Virus record (IMG/VR): IMGVR_UViG_3300032322_001069
Location: 13,970-77,969 of that record
DNA from: a virus
Strand: one strand, 5' to 3'
DNA: 64,000 nt
Below the pieces are notes generated by a model that was not told the origin of the DNA, searched no databases, and saw only the letters and a list, made by a program, of their open reading frames with translations. This document shows, piece by piece, positions 10,069 to 19,226 of this stretch (positions are counted from its first letter, which is position 1; each line of letters starts with the position of its first letter). The position numbers and the translations under genes are program-made.

Positions 10069-10492
10069 GACTGAACTTGATCCACTCAATCGCTGAACGA
10101 ATATTCCATTGTCTATTTGCGACTATCTTTACTACTCCGTCCAAGTAACTGACTAATTCTTTCTTTTCTGTGATCTGACGCTCAAGTTTGATAACATCAT
10201 CATCTGCGTCAATAAACTTATCAACATCTGTTTTCAGAATATTTAGGTCAAATGGCTCCCACTTAAATTGGTCTAGCTCCTCTTTAGAGAGCTTTCCTGT
10301 ATAATAGAGCCACTTGTACTTCTTCATCACGCGAAGGGTTCTCTCGTCCTCTGCAAGGGCTTCCTTGTGCTTCTTAAGGAAGAGTAGATACTTGTTATGG
10401 ATCTGTGGAGTGTTTACAGATTCAATGGCAAGTTCTGTGGAATCTATCTTGAGATCTTCTTGTACTTGTTGTTTTAATTCATCAAAATTCAT
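10058..10492 (-). CDS. uvsY: UvsY recombination mediator
   Basis: DLKID, PQIHNKY, YYTGK, R-WNIRSAIEW-KF. Confidence 0.93.
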   Translation of the reverse strand: MNFDELKQQVQEDLKIDSTELAIESVNTPQIHNKYLLFLKKHKEALAEDERTLRVMKKYKWLYYTGKLSKEELDQFKWEPFDLNILKTDVDKFIDADDDVIKLERQITEKKELVSYLDGVVKIVANRQWNIRSAIEWIKFSHGQ

Positions 10493-10521
10493 AATTTAAG
10501 TATACACAATAGTAAATAAAA

Positions 10522-11031
10522 TCAACTAGTTATATTGCCTGGATCTGGTTCAAATCTGTAATAAGTATAGGAAAAAGTTGCAGTCGCTATTTGCGGCTGA
10601 TAAGAAGCAGCTGTAGATGTAAATCTAAGGCCAGAAAGAGCTATAGGAAAAATTTCTTGAAATATAACCTTCAAGTTATCTTTATATGTTCCTTTTGTGA
10701 TGTGAAGAGTAGCAGTTGTCATCCATCTAGAAAATGGTAATGAGTTATTTGTACAATCACTATCAATATTTCCCAAATGACGCATCCATTTATAAATTTC
10801 TAACCAATTATTCATAGTTTCATCAACCAAAAAAGAAATTTGAAGATTGTCGAATTTATATGCGCCTATTGGTCTTTTTATGGGGATACCAAGAGTTGTT
10901 GGCTGATCTTGATCGGCCATAGTAAGATTTGGTAAAGCCACTTCTTGAACATTGTAAATAATATTTGGAATTCTTGCCAATTCAAAATGAAAGAAATTCT
11001 GACCAAGATTGGAAATATTATTACCAGGCAT
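10522..11031 (-). CDS. gp3: tail tube terminator/completion protein gp3
   Basis: F-FELARIP, LP, FLVDE-NW-EIYKWM, FPIALS; lies downstream of gp23. Confidence 0.85.
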   Translation of the reverse strand: MPGNNISNLGQNFFHFELARIPNIIYNVQEVALPNLTMADQDQPTTLGIPIKRPIGAYKFDNLQISFLVDETMNNWLEIYKWMRHLGNIDSDCTNNSLPFSRWMTTATLHITKGTYKDNLKVIFQEIFPIALSGLRFTSTAASYQPQIATATFSYTYYRFEPDPGNITS

Positions 11032-11042
11032 ATACTATGTAG

Positions 11043-11074
11043 AAAAGAAAACGGGAGCCATTTCTGGCTCCCGT
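11043..11074 (-). terminator. rho-independent terminator after gp23
   Basis: ACGGGAGCCA-GAAA-TGGCTCCCGT followed by TTTCTTTT on the minus strand. Confidence 0.9.
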
Positions 11075-11101
11075 CCCCGAAGTCTTAGATACTACTACTT
11101 A

Positions 11102-12526
11102 TCAGTTGGTGTTGCCGTGGAGGTTGGTAACACGGAAGATACGGTAGTACTGGTTGGTATTTCCTGTCATTGCTTCTCCGTCTGGAGTTCCACCAGCGTT
11201 GAGAACGAACGGATTGGCGACCATGCCGTAGCGGGTCTTGAAGCCGATCTTGGGCTGGAAGGTATCAGGATCGACTGCACGGACCATCTGGAGTGGGACA
11301 TAGGGGCAGTAGAAGAGGCCAGCGTCGTATGGGCTTGCACCACGGTAGCCGACGCAAACGAAATCTACACCAGACTGGACATAAGGATCGATATAAACGC
11401 GCATCTTGCCATTGAGTACGCCAGCAAAGGTATTGCCAGTGTCATCAATTTCAAGCTGGTTGTTTAGAGCGGGGCTGATGTTTAGCCATCCACCCATTGC
11501 TAGAGCTGAAGCAACATCTGACGAGCAGATGATGAAGTTGCCCTTGCCACGACGAGTTTCCTTGGCGATCTGGTTGGCTTCGCGTTCGATCTGGAACATG
11601 AGGCCACGGAAGCGTTCAGCTGACCAACGACCGTCTGAGTCGGTTAGGAGGTCATACACGCCACCACCGAAGGTGGTTGACGATAGATCACTCTGCTTTG
11701 CGCCGAGCTTGGAAACATGGTAGATGCCACGAACGACTTCGCGGTTGATTTCAGCAAGGATTTCCGTGCTGAGAATGTTGGCGAGTTCGGTTTCAGCATC
11801 AAGTCCGTGAACAGCCTTGAGGTCCTGAGCAAGTTCAGTGGTGTAATCGGCCTTTAGAGCGCGAGTCTTAGCCTGAACAGCAACCTTGTCGATAGTAAAG
11901 GCCATTTCACCGAACTGCTTTCCACCAGCACTTCCGAGTGATTCAGCATCACCAACTAGCATACCCTTGAAGTTATCTCCATAGAAGCTTGAAGTTGTTG
12001 TGCTAGCACCTCTTGTTGCACCAGTAGTACCGCCGAATAGAGTTAGACCGTAATCAGCAGAACCGCCGAAGTAAGATGGATAAAGAGTACCACCAGCAGT
12101 ACCACCTGATCCACCGAACGGGACAAAGGGTTCTTGATACATTGCTTCTTTGCGTTCTGAAGCAATACCTGGATCGTACTTGGGACGCATTGCAAAGATG
12201 AGTCCGGTTGGAGCGGTCATGGGCTGAACGCCGCAGATGTCGTAAGCAATGAGGTTTGGCATTGCGCGACGAACGAGGCTGATTAGGATTGGGTCATAAC
12301 CAGCGATTGAGGTTGAAGCTGGGCTAGCAACATTGCTGATGACTCCACCGAGGGTGGTGTCTTCGGTTAGTCTCTGAGCACGCATGGCCTGCTCTTGGTT
12401 CTCAAGAAGAACAGCAGTTACCTTGGTCTTGTAAGTATCTTCGATGGAAGGAAGAGCATCATGCTTGAGCACTGGCTCCCACTTCTCAGTTAAAATGTCG
12501 TATGGTGTTGTATCGTCAAAATTCAT
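11102..12526 (-). CDS. gp23: major capsid protein gp23
   Basis: LLENQE, LVRRAMPNLIAYDICGVQPM, ELAQDLKAVHGLDAE, FQPKIGFKTRYG. Confidence 0.98.
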   Translation of the reverse strand: MNFDDTTPYDILTEKWEPVLKHDALPSIEDTYKTKVTAVLLENQEQAMRAQRLTEDTTLGGVISNVASPASTSIAGYDPILISLVRRAMPNLIAYDICGVQPMTAPTGLIFAMRPKYDPGIASERKEAMYQEPFVPFGGSGGTAGGTLYPSYFGGSADYGLTLFGGTTGATRGASTTTSSFYGDNFKGMLVGDAESLGSAGGKQFGEMAFTIDKVAVQAKTRALKADYTTELAQDLKAVHGLDAETELANILSTEILAEINREVVRGIYHVSKLGAKQSDLSSTTFGGGVYDLLTDSDGRWSAERFRGLMFQIEREANQIAKETRRGKGNFIICSSDVASALAMGGWLNISPALNNQLEIDDTGNTFAGVLNGKMRVYIDPYVQSGVDFVCVGYRGASPYDAGLFYCPYVPLQMVRAVDPDTFQPKIGFKTRYGMVANPFVLNAGGTPDGEAMTGNTNQYYRIFRVTNLHGNTN

Positions 12527-12545
12527 TTGTATCTCCTAGTAATTT

Positions 12546-12553
12546 TATTTATA
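12546..12553 (-). promoter_or_regulatory. T4-type late promoter TATAAATA for gp23
   Basis: Perfect TATAAATA upstream of AGGAG RBS and the gp23 ATG. Confidence 0.85.
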
Positions 12554-12557
12554 ATCC

Positions 12558-13526
12558 TTATTTCTTTAAGTGTCTACTCAAGGCTCTGCTATAGACATTC
12601 ATGACACCTTCTGTAAGTGTTTCAGGCTCACTTGAGGTATCAAGAATATCTAAAACGCGGGGTTGTTGTCTAAAGGAAGATGCTTGAATTGCTGGCTGCT
12701 GAGGAGCTGCAAAATAGCTTTCCTTTAGAATTTGTAATTTGTTACGGAATTGCTCTGGATTTTCGTAGTCAAGACCTTCAGCAAGTGAAGCAAGCTTCTC
12801 AACCTGAGTTGCGGCTAAACCGTGTGTTTCCTGAGCAAAGATATTAATTGCGTGTGATTCAAGCAAGTTCTTACGAAGTTTAACATTTTCATTGATGGCT
12901 TTGTTAAGCTCATTGTTGCTTTCTTCAATCTGAGTGTATAGTTCGTCAAGAACATCGTACTTCTCATCAGGAACATCGATGAAATTGCTTTCAAAGAGTT
13001 TCTTTAGACCAAAGATGAAGTTTTCAGCGAGTTCGATCTTGATGCCGCGCTCAACCTGAAGCTTGTTCTGATCAACCCATTCTTCTACAACATAGGTTAG
13101 ATAATCATCAACCTTTTCAGTTAGTTCTGAAACGGTTGTCTGAAGAGCATTGCTGTATTCGACCTGATAGTGTTCAGATAGTTGAGTGCCGATTTCACGG
13201 GCCTTCTCATTGACGGCAGCAACAAAGATTGTCTTTGCCTTCTCAACGAAATCTTCAGATAGATTTAGATTGGCAAATAGAGCTGCTAAATGTTCCTTTA
13301 GTGCTTCCTCTGCGCCTTCTTCTTCCTCTTCTTCTCCTTGTTGAGCAGCTGGCATAGCACCAGGCATTCCAGCAGCTGGAATCTTTGGTGTTGCGATTGT
13401 GCTCATATTGATTTGAGCTAATCCTTCAGCTGGAGGATAAGCAGTTCCTAATACGAAGCTCTTTCCTTCTGCATCGAAAGAACCTTTTCCTTCAAAATCA
13501 TGTTCAATTTGTGTACCTTGTGGCAT
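12558..13526 (-). CDS. gp22: prohead scaffold protein gp22
   Basis: LSEDF-EKAKTIF-AAV, VDDYLTYVVEEW, ENFI-GLKKLF, KL-LKESYF. Confidence 0.93.
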   Translation of the reverse strand: MPQGTQIEHDFEGKGSFDAEGKSFVLGTAYPPAEGLAQINMSTIATPKIPAAGMPGAMPAAQQGEEEEEEGAEEALKEHLAALFANLNLSEDFVEKAKTIFVAAVNEKAREIGTQLSEHYQVEYSNALQTTVSELTEKVDDYLTYVVEEWVDQNKLQVERGIKIELAENFIFGLKKLFESNFIDVPDEKYDVLDELYTQIEESNNELNKAINENVKLRKNLLESHAINIFAQETHGLAATQVEKLASLAEGLDYENPEQFRNKLQILKESYFAAPQQPAIQASSFRQQPRVLDILDTSSEPETLTEGVMNVYSRALSRHLKK

Positions 13527-13543
13527 ATAGTTTTCTCCGTTTG

Positions 13544-13551
13544 TATTTATA
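13544..13551 (-). promoter_or_regulatory. late promoter TATAAATA for gp22
   Basis: Perfect consensus followed by a GGAG RBS. Confidence 0.8.
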
Positions 13552-13553
13552 AA

Positions 13554-14216
13554 TTATTGTTCAGCAGCTCCAATGCCTTTTAAGTAATTGGAGATGTTTG
13601 CTCTTCTTAATTGAGCATTTCCGATAGAGGCAATTGTTCCTAAAGTTGGAACCATTATTGGTTTTAATAAAGCACTTAAAGATGCTTTTTTGATTTCAGA
13701 TCCAATATTACCTAAAATTCCTTTAGGTCTTTCTTTTTTTTCTCCTCCCGTGGCAGCACCAGCCAAAGCACCAGTTACAGCTGCCGCACCAGCATTCTCA
13801 TGTAGAGGATTTGGAAGTCCTGCTGCTTTTATGGCTTGTGCATGATGCATATCAGCATTATCAGGATCATTTATCGCATTTTCTAAATGTGCTCTAACGA
13901 TTGGATTATTTCCAGAATGATATTCTGAATGTTGTGGATTGAGAACTTTATCACTTAATGCTTTAATAGTAGCATCGTGCTGACTTCTCTTTACTCCCGA
14001 AACTCTTGCTTGTTCTTGTCTGCCTGCTTCTATCTGTGCTTGTTGATTTTTATAAGCAGATCCTCGTCTAAGAGCCATATTAGCAAGACCAAGAATAGGA
14101 TTACTTTCTGGATTATTTAATTGTGTTGGCATTTGAAATCCAAAAAGCCCCTCATTCAAGACTTGGCTTGATACTAGGTTTAATTGTCTTTCTTGTTTTG
14201 CCGATAATTTCTTCAT
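13554..14216 (-). CDS. hypothetical Ala/Gly-rich protein inserted between gp21 and gp22 (candidate internal head protein)
   Basis: 220-aa ORF overlapping the gp21 stop; early VLNE resembles a gp21 cleavage site. Confidence 0.6.
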   Translation of the reverse strand: MKKLSAKQERQLNLVSSQVLNEGLFGFQMPTQLNNPESNPILGLANMALRRGSAYKNQQAQIEAGRQEQARVSGVKRSQHDATIKALSDKVLNPQHSEYHSGNNPIVRAHLENAINDPDNADMHHAQAIKAAGLPNPLHENAGAAAVTGALAGAATGGEKKERPKGILGNIGSEIKKASLSALLKPIMVPTLGTIASIGNAQLRRANISNYLKGIGAAEQ

Positions 14217-14857
14217 TTAATTTTTCTTAAGAAATCTGCAAAAAGTTTTATAGATTCTGCCTGTAGTTTTCTTGAAGGAGTTTTCTTTAAGGAATTGTGA
14301 TATTCAGCAATCTGTTGTTCCTTGAGAATACCGTTGTCCCAGATCCATTCTCTACCTTCCATGATTCCATTTACGAAAGCATTTGGGGCTGAAGGATCAG
14401 CAACAATATCGATAGCGGCAAGCATGAAGTCTTCTTTGACAACATTGACCCCGCCTCTCTTCTCTAGTGAACCCATTCCACGGGTTGAAACTCCGAGCTT
14501 AACACCTTCATTCATTAGATTTTTTACAATCTGTCCGCATGGAGTGTCAAGAATCTTAGCCTTCCCATAGAAATCATTGTTGTTTTCGTATAGCCAAGTT
14601 ACCTTGTGAGATACGCGATCTAGATTAACTGAAGGTCCAGTTGGGTGATTTAGTTCACCGAGAGCACGGTTCTTGTTCACATATTCTGTGACATAACGCT
14701 GTGCTTCTTTAACAAGAATTGGCTTTGGATAAACTCTGCCATTTTTGTTTTTGGTTTCAGCCTGCATGAAAACGCCTTCGATGAAATGTTGTTTTTCACC
14801 ATTAGCGTTTTCTGTCAGGTATGCTACTTCTTCAATTGTTTCGGTGATTAGTTTCAT
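14213..14857 (-). CDS. gp21: prohead protease gp21
   Basis: MKLITE, N-NGRVYP, ALGELNHP, GVSTRGMGSL, DIVADPSAP-AFV-GIME. Confidence 0.96.
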   Translation of the reverse strand: MKLITETIEEVAYLTENANGEKQHFIEGVFMQAETKNKNGRVYPKPILVKEAQRYVTEYVNKNRALGELNHPTGPSVNLDRVSHKVTWLYENNNDFYGKAKILDTPCGQIVKNLMNEGVKLGVSTRGMGSLEKRGGVNVVKEDFMLAAIDIVADPSAPNAFVNGIMEGREWIWDNGILKEQQIAEYHNSLKKTPSRKLQAESIKLFADFLRKIK

Positions 14858-14860
14858 TTA

Positions 14861-15259
14861 TTATCCGTTATATGATAGACGAACATCAAATCCTGTAGGG
14901 GTCTGTGCTGGAGCTTGCATATTCATTCTGGGGGCTTCCTCTTCGCCCTCTTCTTCTTCACCTTCTTCTTCGCCTTCTTCTTCGCCTTCTTCCTCTTCGC
15001 CTTCGGACATAGCTTTTCCTATGGCCTTTCTGCGGTTTGTAAGATATTTGTCACTTTCATCGGAATCGCCGTCGTTATCAACATCTTCGTCTTCTTCCCC
15101 AACAGGGTCCATTGCCTCATTAAAAGTTGTCTTGGCAACGCGGACATACTCTTCAGCAAGTCTTTGACCGAGTTTTATGGTCAAATCTTCTGAAATTAAG
15201 TTTTTTGCAGCTACTGCATTTTCATCAAGGATTGATAGAATGATCTTTTTTGCTTTCAT
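14861..15259 (-). CDS. acidic prohead core protein (gp67/gp68-like)
   Basis: Between gp20 and gp21; DVDNDGDSDESDKYL-NRRKAI motif; EEEG repeats. Confidence 0.65.
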   Translation of the reverse strand: MKAKKIILSILDENAVAAKNLISEDLTIKLGQRLAEEYVRVAKTTFNEAMDPVGEEDEDVDNDGDSDESDKYLTNRRKAIGKAMSEGEEEEGEEEGEEEGEEEEGEEEAPRMNMQAPAQTPTGFDVRLSYNG

Positions 15260-15293
15260 AGTGTTTTCCCTTTCTATTTAGAATTTTTTAATA

Positions 15294-16838
15294 TTATGCT
15301 TGTTCTGGTTGTTCGCCCATAGCCTGTTGCATTTGCATTTGTTCCATTTCGGCCTGTCTTTGTTTTGCAATATCAATCTGCATTTCTGCGTCAATTTGAT
15401 TGATTTCTTCTTCAGTTTGCTTCAAAATATTCTTTCTGATATAGGCAGAAGAATAATATTTACCGATCATGGGTTCCATAGCAGCAGCTAATTCCATTCT
15501 TGCAGATAGAATTTCAGCATCTTTCATATCGTTAAAATATGAATCACGGGTGAAAGAGAAGTTTATATGAGGACTAATAACATCCCAGTCCTCTTCTGTT
15601 ATTATGCCCTTCAAAATTAATTGAATTCTTATAAGCTGAAGGAACATAGTTGAGAACTTATAACGCAATCTTTCAATAAATTTATAGAACTTGACCTCAT
15701 CTCGCGTGATATCAGCCGATCTTCCGAGATTGAATCCGTTTTCCCCTACAAGTCTTGAGGGAGGAATATTCAAAGCGTAGTAGAGCTTTTTCTTAAAATA
15801 TTCAACATCGGTCAATTCACCGAGATTCTGTCCCCCGTCTAGGGTAGAAATTTCAGTTCCTCTACCACCTTCGCGGCGAGGTAGCCAGTAATCTTCAATC
15901 ATGGCCATCTGATTTCTATCGTCCTTTATTTCCCCCGTAGTCTGGTTGTAAATGAGCTTATTACGATACTTGTTCATAAGCTCACGGACATACTGTTCAG
16001 CCTTTTGCTTTGGTAGATTGCCGACATCGATATAGAAAATACGACGCTCTGGGGCGCGAGAAATGCGATATACGACTATCGCATCTTCGATCTGTCTAAG
16101 CATGTTTAGAGGTCTAATGGCCTTGTGAAGGTAACCAATGACTCTCTTGGTGTTCATATCCACCATTCCAGAATGCACAAAGCAGATTGAATCTGGGGAT
16201 ATCTTCAAACCAGATGTTGGCGTAGCAATAACTGAGTTTTTATCTGTATTTGTATAAAGATAATATTCCTCAATATCCTGGATTAGAGATAAACTAGCCC
16301 CATCCTGTTTTGCATTTTTTGTCTTTAATTTTCTAACTTTTTTTATCTTGGTGGCATCAAGAGGAATCAATTGCTTGATTCCTTCACCAGGACTATTTGT
16401 ATTGATAGTAATATAGTAAAATAATTTAGAATCAATATACCATCTTCTAAAAATTTCATATCCTTTATCATTAAAATCTAATAATTTTAAGATATTATCG
16501 AATTCGTAGTATATTTTGCTCTTGATATTATCTGAAAAATCAATTTTTGATAAATCAAGCTTTATTGGCTTTCTATCAAATCCCATTACTATTGATTCAT
16601 TAGTAATTTCGTCAATTGCAGTATCACACTCTGGAAAAAGTGCCATTGCTCTATACTGAGCAATTAAAGCATTGTCGTTCTTCTGAGAACCCATGAAGTC
16701 AACGAATGTTCCGTAGACTCCTGCTCCTTCAGTTACATAAGCACCATCAAATTCTTCAGGTGTAGTAAAGTTTTGTAATGGAAGAATGTCTTCCTTATTT
16801 TTTTTACTTATCTGAAAACCAAATAGATTAAAGGCCAT
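15294..16838 (-). CDS. gp20: portal protein gp20
   Basis: YRISRAPERRIFYIDVGNLPK-KAEQY, EDYWLPRREGGRGTEI. Confidence 0.98.
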   Translation of the reverse strand: MAFNLFGFQISKKNKEDILPLQNFTTPEEFDGAYVTEGAGVYGTFVDFMGSQKNDNALIAQYRAMALFPECDTAIDEITNESIVMGFDRKPIKLDLSKIDFSDNIKSKIYYEFDNILKLLDFNDKGYEIFRRWYIDSKLFYYITINTNSPGEGIKQLIPLDATKIKKVRKLKTKNAKQDGASLSLIQDIEEYYLYTNTDKNSVIATPTSGLKISPDSICFVHSGMVDMNTKRVIGYLHKAIRPLNMLRQIEDAIVVYRISRAPERRIFYIDVGNLPKQKAEQYVRELMNKYRNKLIYNQTTGEIKDDRNQMAMIEDYWLPRREGGRGTEISTLDGGQNLGELTDVEYFKKKLYYALNIPPSRLVGENGFNLGRSADITRDEVKFYKFIERLRYKFSTMFLQLIRIQLILKGIITEEDWDVISPHINFSFTRDSYFNDMKDAEILSARMELAAAMEPMIGKYYSSAYIRKNILKQTEEEINQIDAEMQIDIAKQRQAEMEQMQMQQAMGEQPEQA

Positions 16839-16852
16839 TTATTTCTCCAATT

Positions 16853-17392
16853 TTAAATACCATTCACTTCATAATAATCAAACGCAAATGTAGCATTAAA
16901 AGTTACATACTCATCGTTCAACGACATATTTAGGTCGATTGGTCCAATCATAAATGGCCAGCAACCAGATAATGTAATACTTTTTAATACAGTAGAGCAA
17001 TCCAGATCTAATTGTTCTACTATCCAACCATCTCGTTTATAACTTACAGGATTTATTTGGGTTCCTGTGTTTAATTCGTGATTGTTTATAGAACTGCTCC
17101 AAGCATGTAGCTTGGACCAAAGAGGATTTGAATTTTGCTCATTATCATCCAAAACAACAACATTCCAGTTTGTTCCGCCGGGTTGAGAACCGTAGATACG
17201 ATCTCCAGGAACTAAAAGTTTTCTACCTCTATGATCAAAAACATTTGTTAATGTAGCTGCTTGAGGCAAGCTGGCAGCACTAACCAAAAATTCATTCCAT
17301 TCTCCGTTTGGAAATCTACCAGAAAGCCTAAAGCGATTTTTTCTAGTGCCACCAAAGAAACTATTTTTAAAATCATTTATTGATTGTGCCAT
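16853..17392 (-). CDS. gp19: tail tube protein gp19, paralog B
   Basis: GGTRKNRF, AASLP, GRKL-PGDR, GCWP-IGPIDL, FAFDY. Confidence 0.85.
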   Translation of the reverse strand: MAQSINDFKNSFFGGTRKNRFRLSGRFPNGEWNEFLVSAASLPQAATLTNVFDHRGRKLLVPGDRIYGSQPGGTNWNVVVLDDNEQNSNPLWSKLHAWSSSINNHELNTGTQINPVSYKRDGWIVEQLDLDCSTVLKSITLSGCWPFMIGPIDLNMSLNDEYVTFNATFAFDYYEVNGI

Positions 17393-17393
17393 T

Positions 17394-17912
17394 TTAGACT
17401 CCAGTATAGAAATCGTAATTCATTCTAACAGCAAAGGTGTTAAATGTGTTTTCTTTCATGTTGAATTGAACTGGAGCAACTAGAGCAGGCCAACACCCCT
17501 TTAGTAACATAGTTTTAATTACACTACCATTTAAATTTAAATGCTGCACTCTCCAATCCTTTTTCAAAGTATTGAAAGAGTCGTTTGAAGCAGTATGAGT
17601 ATTATTTTTATGATCGTTTATCGATTTTTGCCATTGATGAAAAGACTTCCACAAATTTACATTTGCTCCAGTATCATCCAATACGATTATTTCCCAAGGA
17701 TCATATTGCCTATCACCAGCAAAATTAATTTCTCTCCCTCTCCAAGGAATTGTTACCATTCCAAGGTTTGATGCGGGTAAATTTGCGGTTAAGATATGAA
17801 AAGTCGTTGTCGCGTTTACTGATCCTGCTGGCCATGTCCCAGTAATCAAAAAGCGATTGCGTCTAGTTCCGCCTTTAAAATTTGAGATAAACTGCGATAA
17901 AGTTGTTGCCAT
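17394..17912 (-). CDS. gp19: tail tube protein gp19, paralog A
   Basis: GGTRRNRF, WRGREINFAGDRQYDPWEI, GCWP. Confidence 0.88.
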   Translation of the reverse strand: MATTLSQFISNFKGGTRRNRFLITGTWPAGSVNATTTFHILTANLPASNLGMVTIPWRGREINFAGDRQYDPWEIIVLDDTGANVNLWKSFHQWQKSINDHKNNTHTASNDSFNTLKKDWRVQHLNLNGSVIKTMLLKGCWPALVAPVQFNMKENTFNTFAVRMNYDFYTGV

Positions 17913-17915
17913 ATA

Positions 17916-19226
17916 TTATGTAGTAAAGCTCAATTCGACAAAATTTATACTTTGTGATGGCTTAATATACACATCTACATTCAGTTTTCTATTTAAAACA
18001 TCAGTTTGGCTATTATTAGATCCATCGCAAACTATTCTATACTCGTCAATTCCTTGATTTGCTACTATTGGTTGCAAGAAACTTTCAATCCTAAATTTTG
18101 TACTATTTCTAAGTCCCTCATCGTTTATTTCAAATAAAGCTGAATTTAGAATAGTTTTTACGCCAAAGCTAATATATGAAATTAAATTGCCATAAGATAT
18201 AGATGTTTTTATTGGTGTTGCGCTTTGAGTTATGCCACAAAAATCACTTAATAAGAAATATTCATTCACATTTGCTTGGTTTGGTACATTGAGAAATGTA
18301 TTTAACCCTCTTGAATACACAATACCCAATGCACTGGTAGATGAGCCAGATAGATCAGATGGCGTATATGGAAGAATTTCTTCCGATGATGGTGCATTTT
18401 CGGCAGTAGTAAAATTTTGATTTAGTATTTTTCCTCTTTCAAAACCAGCTGGAGAATACCAAGGATATTGAGTGAAGGATCTAGACATTGCTCCTGCGGC
18501 ATCTGAAACTAAAGAAATCGGAACATAATATAAAGTCCCAAATTCACCAGTTACATCATCGCGGCTATAGTATCTTTGAATTAATTTTACTCCAGTAGAA
18601 CAAAATACAAATGGTTTAAAATCTTCACTTACCGTTTGCAACCCAGAAATTCTATTATAATCCGTATATTGAAGAGCAAAAGCTATATTTCTATTAGTAA
18701 TATATTCGCTTTCTATAAAAATAGGACCGCAACTAGGGCATGGATAATTTACTGTAGAATTAAAAATTACAGGAATTTTTGCTTCTATTAAAACATCAAT
18801 TTGAGTAGATACTAATGATTGAAATCGTGGATCGTAAATTATAAATTTTACAGAATTTTCGTTAAGAGATAATTTTAAGTTTGCTAATTTAGTTGCGGCA
18901 TCGCCCGACATATCTACAAGAATAAGATTATAATTGTAATGAAGAGCGTCTATGATAAAATTAATATAAAAATCTAGTTGTCTTGCTGTACTGCCTAAAC
19001 CTATATTAGATGATATTTTAGAAATTAAATCTTCAAAATTGGCAAATCCAAGACTAGAAAAATTTCCATTTTTTACTAAATCTGTAAATGCATTTATATC
19101 AGTTATTTTTTTATATTTTTCAGTTATTCTTAAAAAAGAAAAAAACGCATTATAATCATAGATGAGCAAAGCAACATCTATGTCCTTTTTTGCTTCTATA
19201 GTTTTAAGCTGAAAAACTACTGACAT
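17916..19226 (-). CDS. gp18: tail sheath protein gp18, paralog B (divergent N-terminus)
   Basis: PWYSPAGFERG, LFEINDE, VCDGSNN, KPSQSINFVELSF sheath C-terminal motifs. Confidence 0.82.
   Translation of the reverse strand: MSVVFQLKTIEAKKDIDVALLIYDYNAFFSFLRITEKYKKITDINAFTDLVKNGNFSSLGFANFEDLISKISSNIGLGSTARQLDFYINFIIDALHYNYNLILVDMSGDAATKLANLKLSLNENSVKFIIYDPRFQSLVSTQIDVLIEAKIPVIFNSTVNYPCPSCGPIFIESEYITNRNIAFALQYTDYNRISGLQTVSEDFKPFVFCSTGVKLIQRYYSRDDVTGEFGTLYYVPISLVSDAAGAMSRSFTQYPWYSPAGFERGKILNQNFTTAENAPSSEEILPYTPSDLSGSSTSALGIVYSRGLNTFLNVPNQANVNEYFLLSDFCGITQSATPIKTSISYGNLISYISFGVKTILNSALFEINDEGLRNSTKFRIESFLQPIVANQGIDEYRIVCDGSNNSQTDVLNRKLNVDVYIKPSQSINFVELSFTT

Noticed and set aside
10499-10525. sigma70 promoter for uvsY (TTGATT...TATACT)
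   Set aside because: The spacer is only 15 nt in very AT-rich DNA, too weak to list as a feature.
14935-15005. Short tandem repeat (TTCTTCGCC-like) as a CRISPR or regulatory array
   Set aside because: It encodes the EEEG repeats of the prohead core protein; there are no spacers. No CRISPR array was seen in the window.
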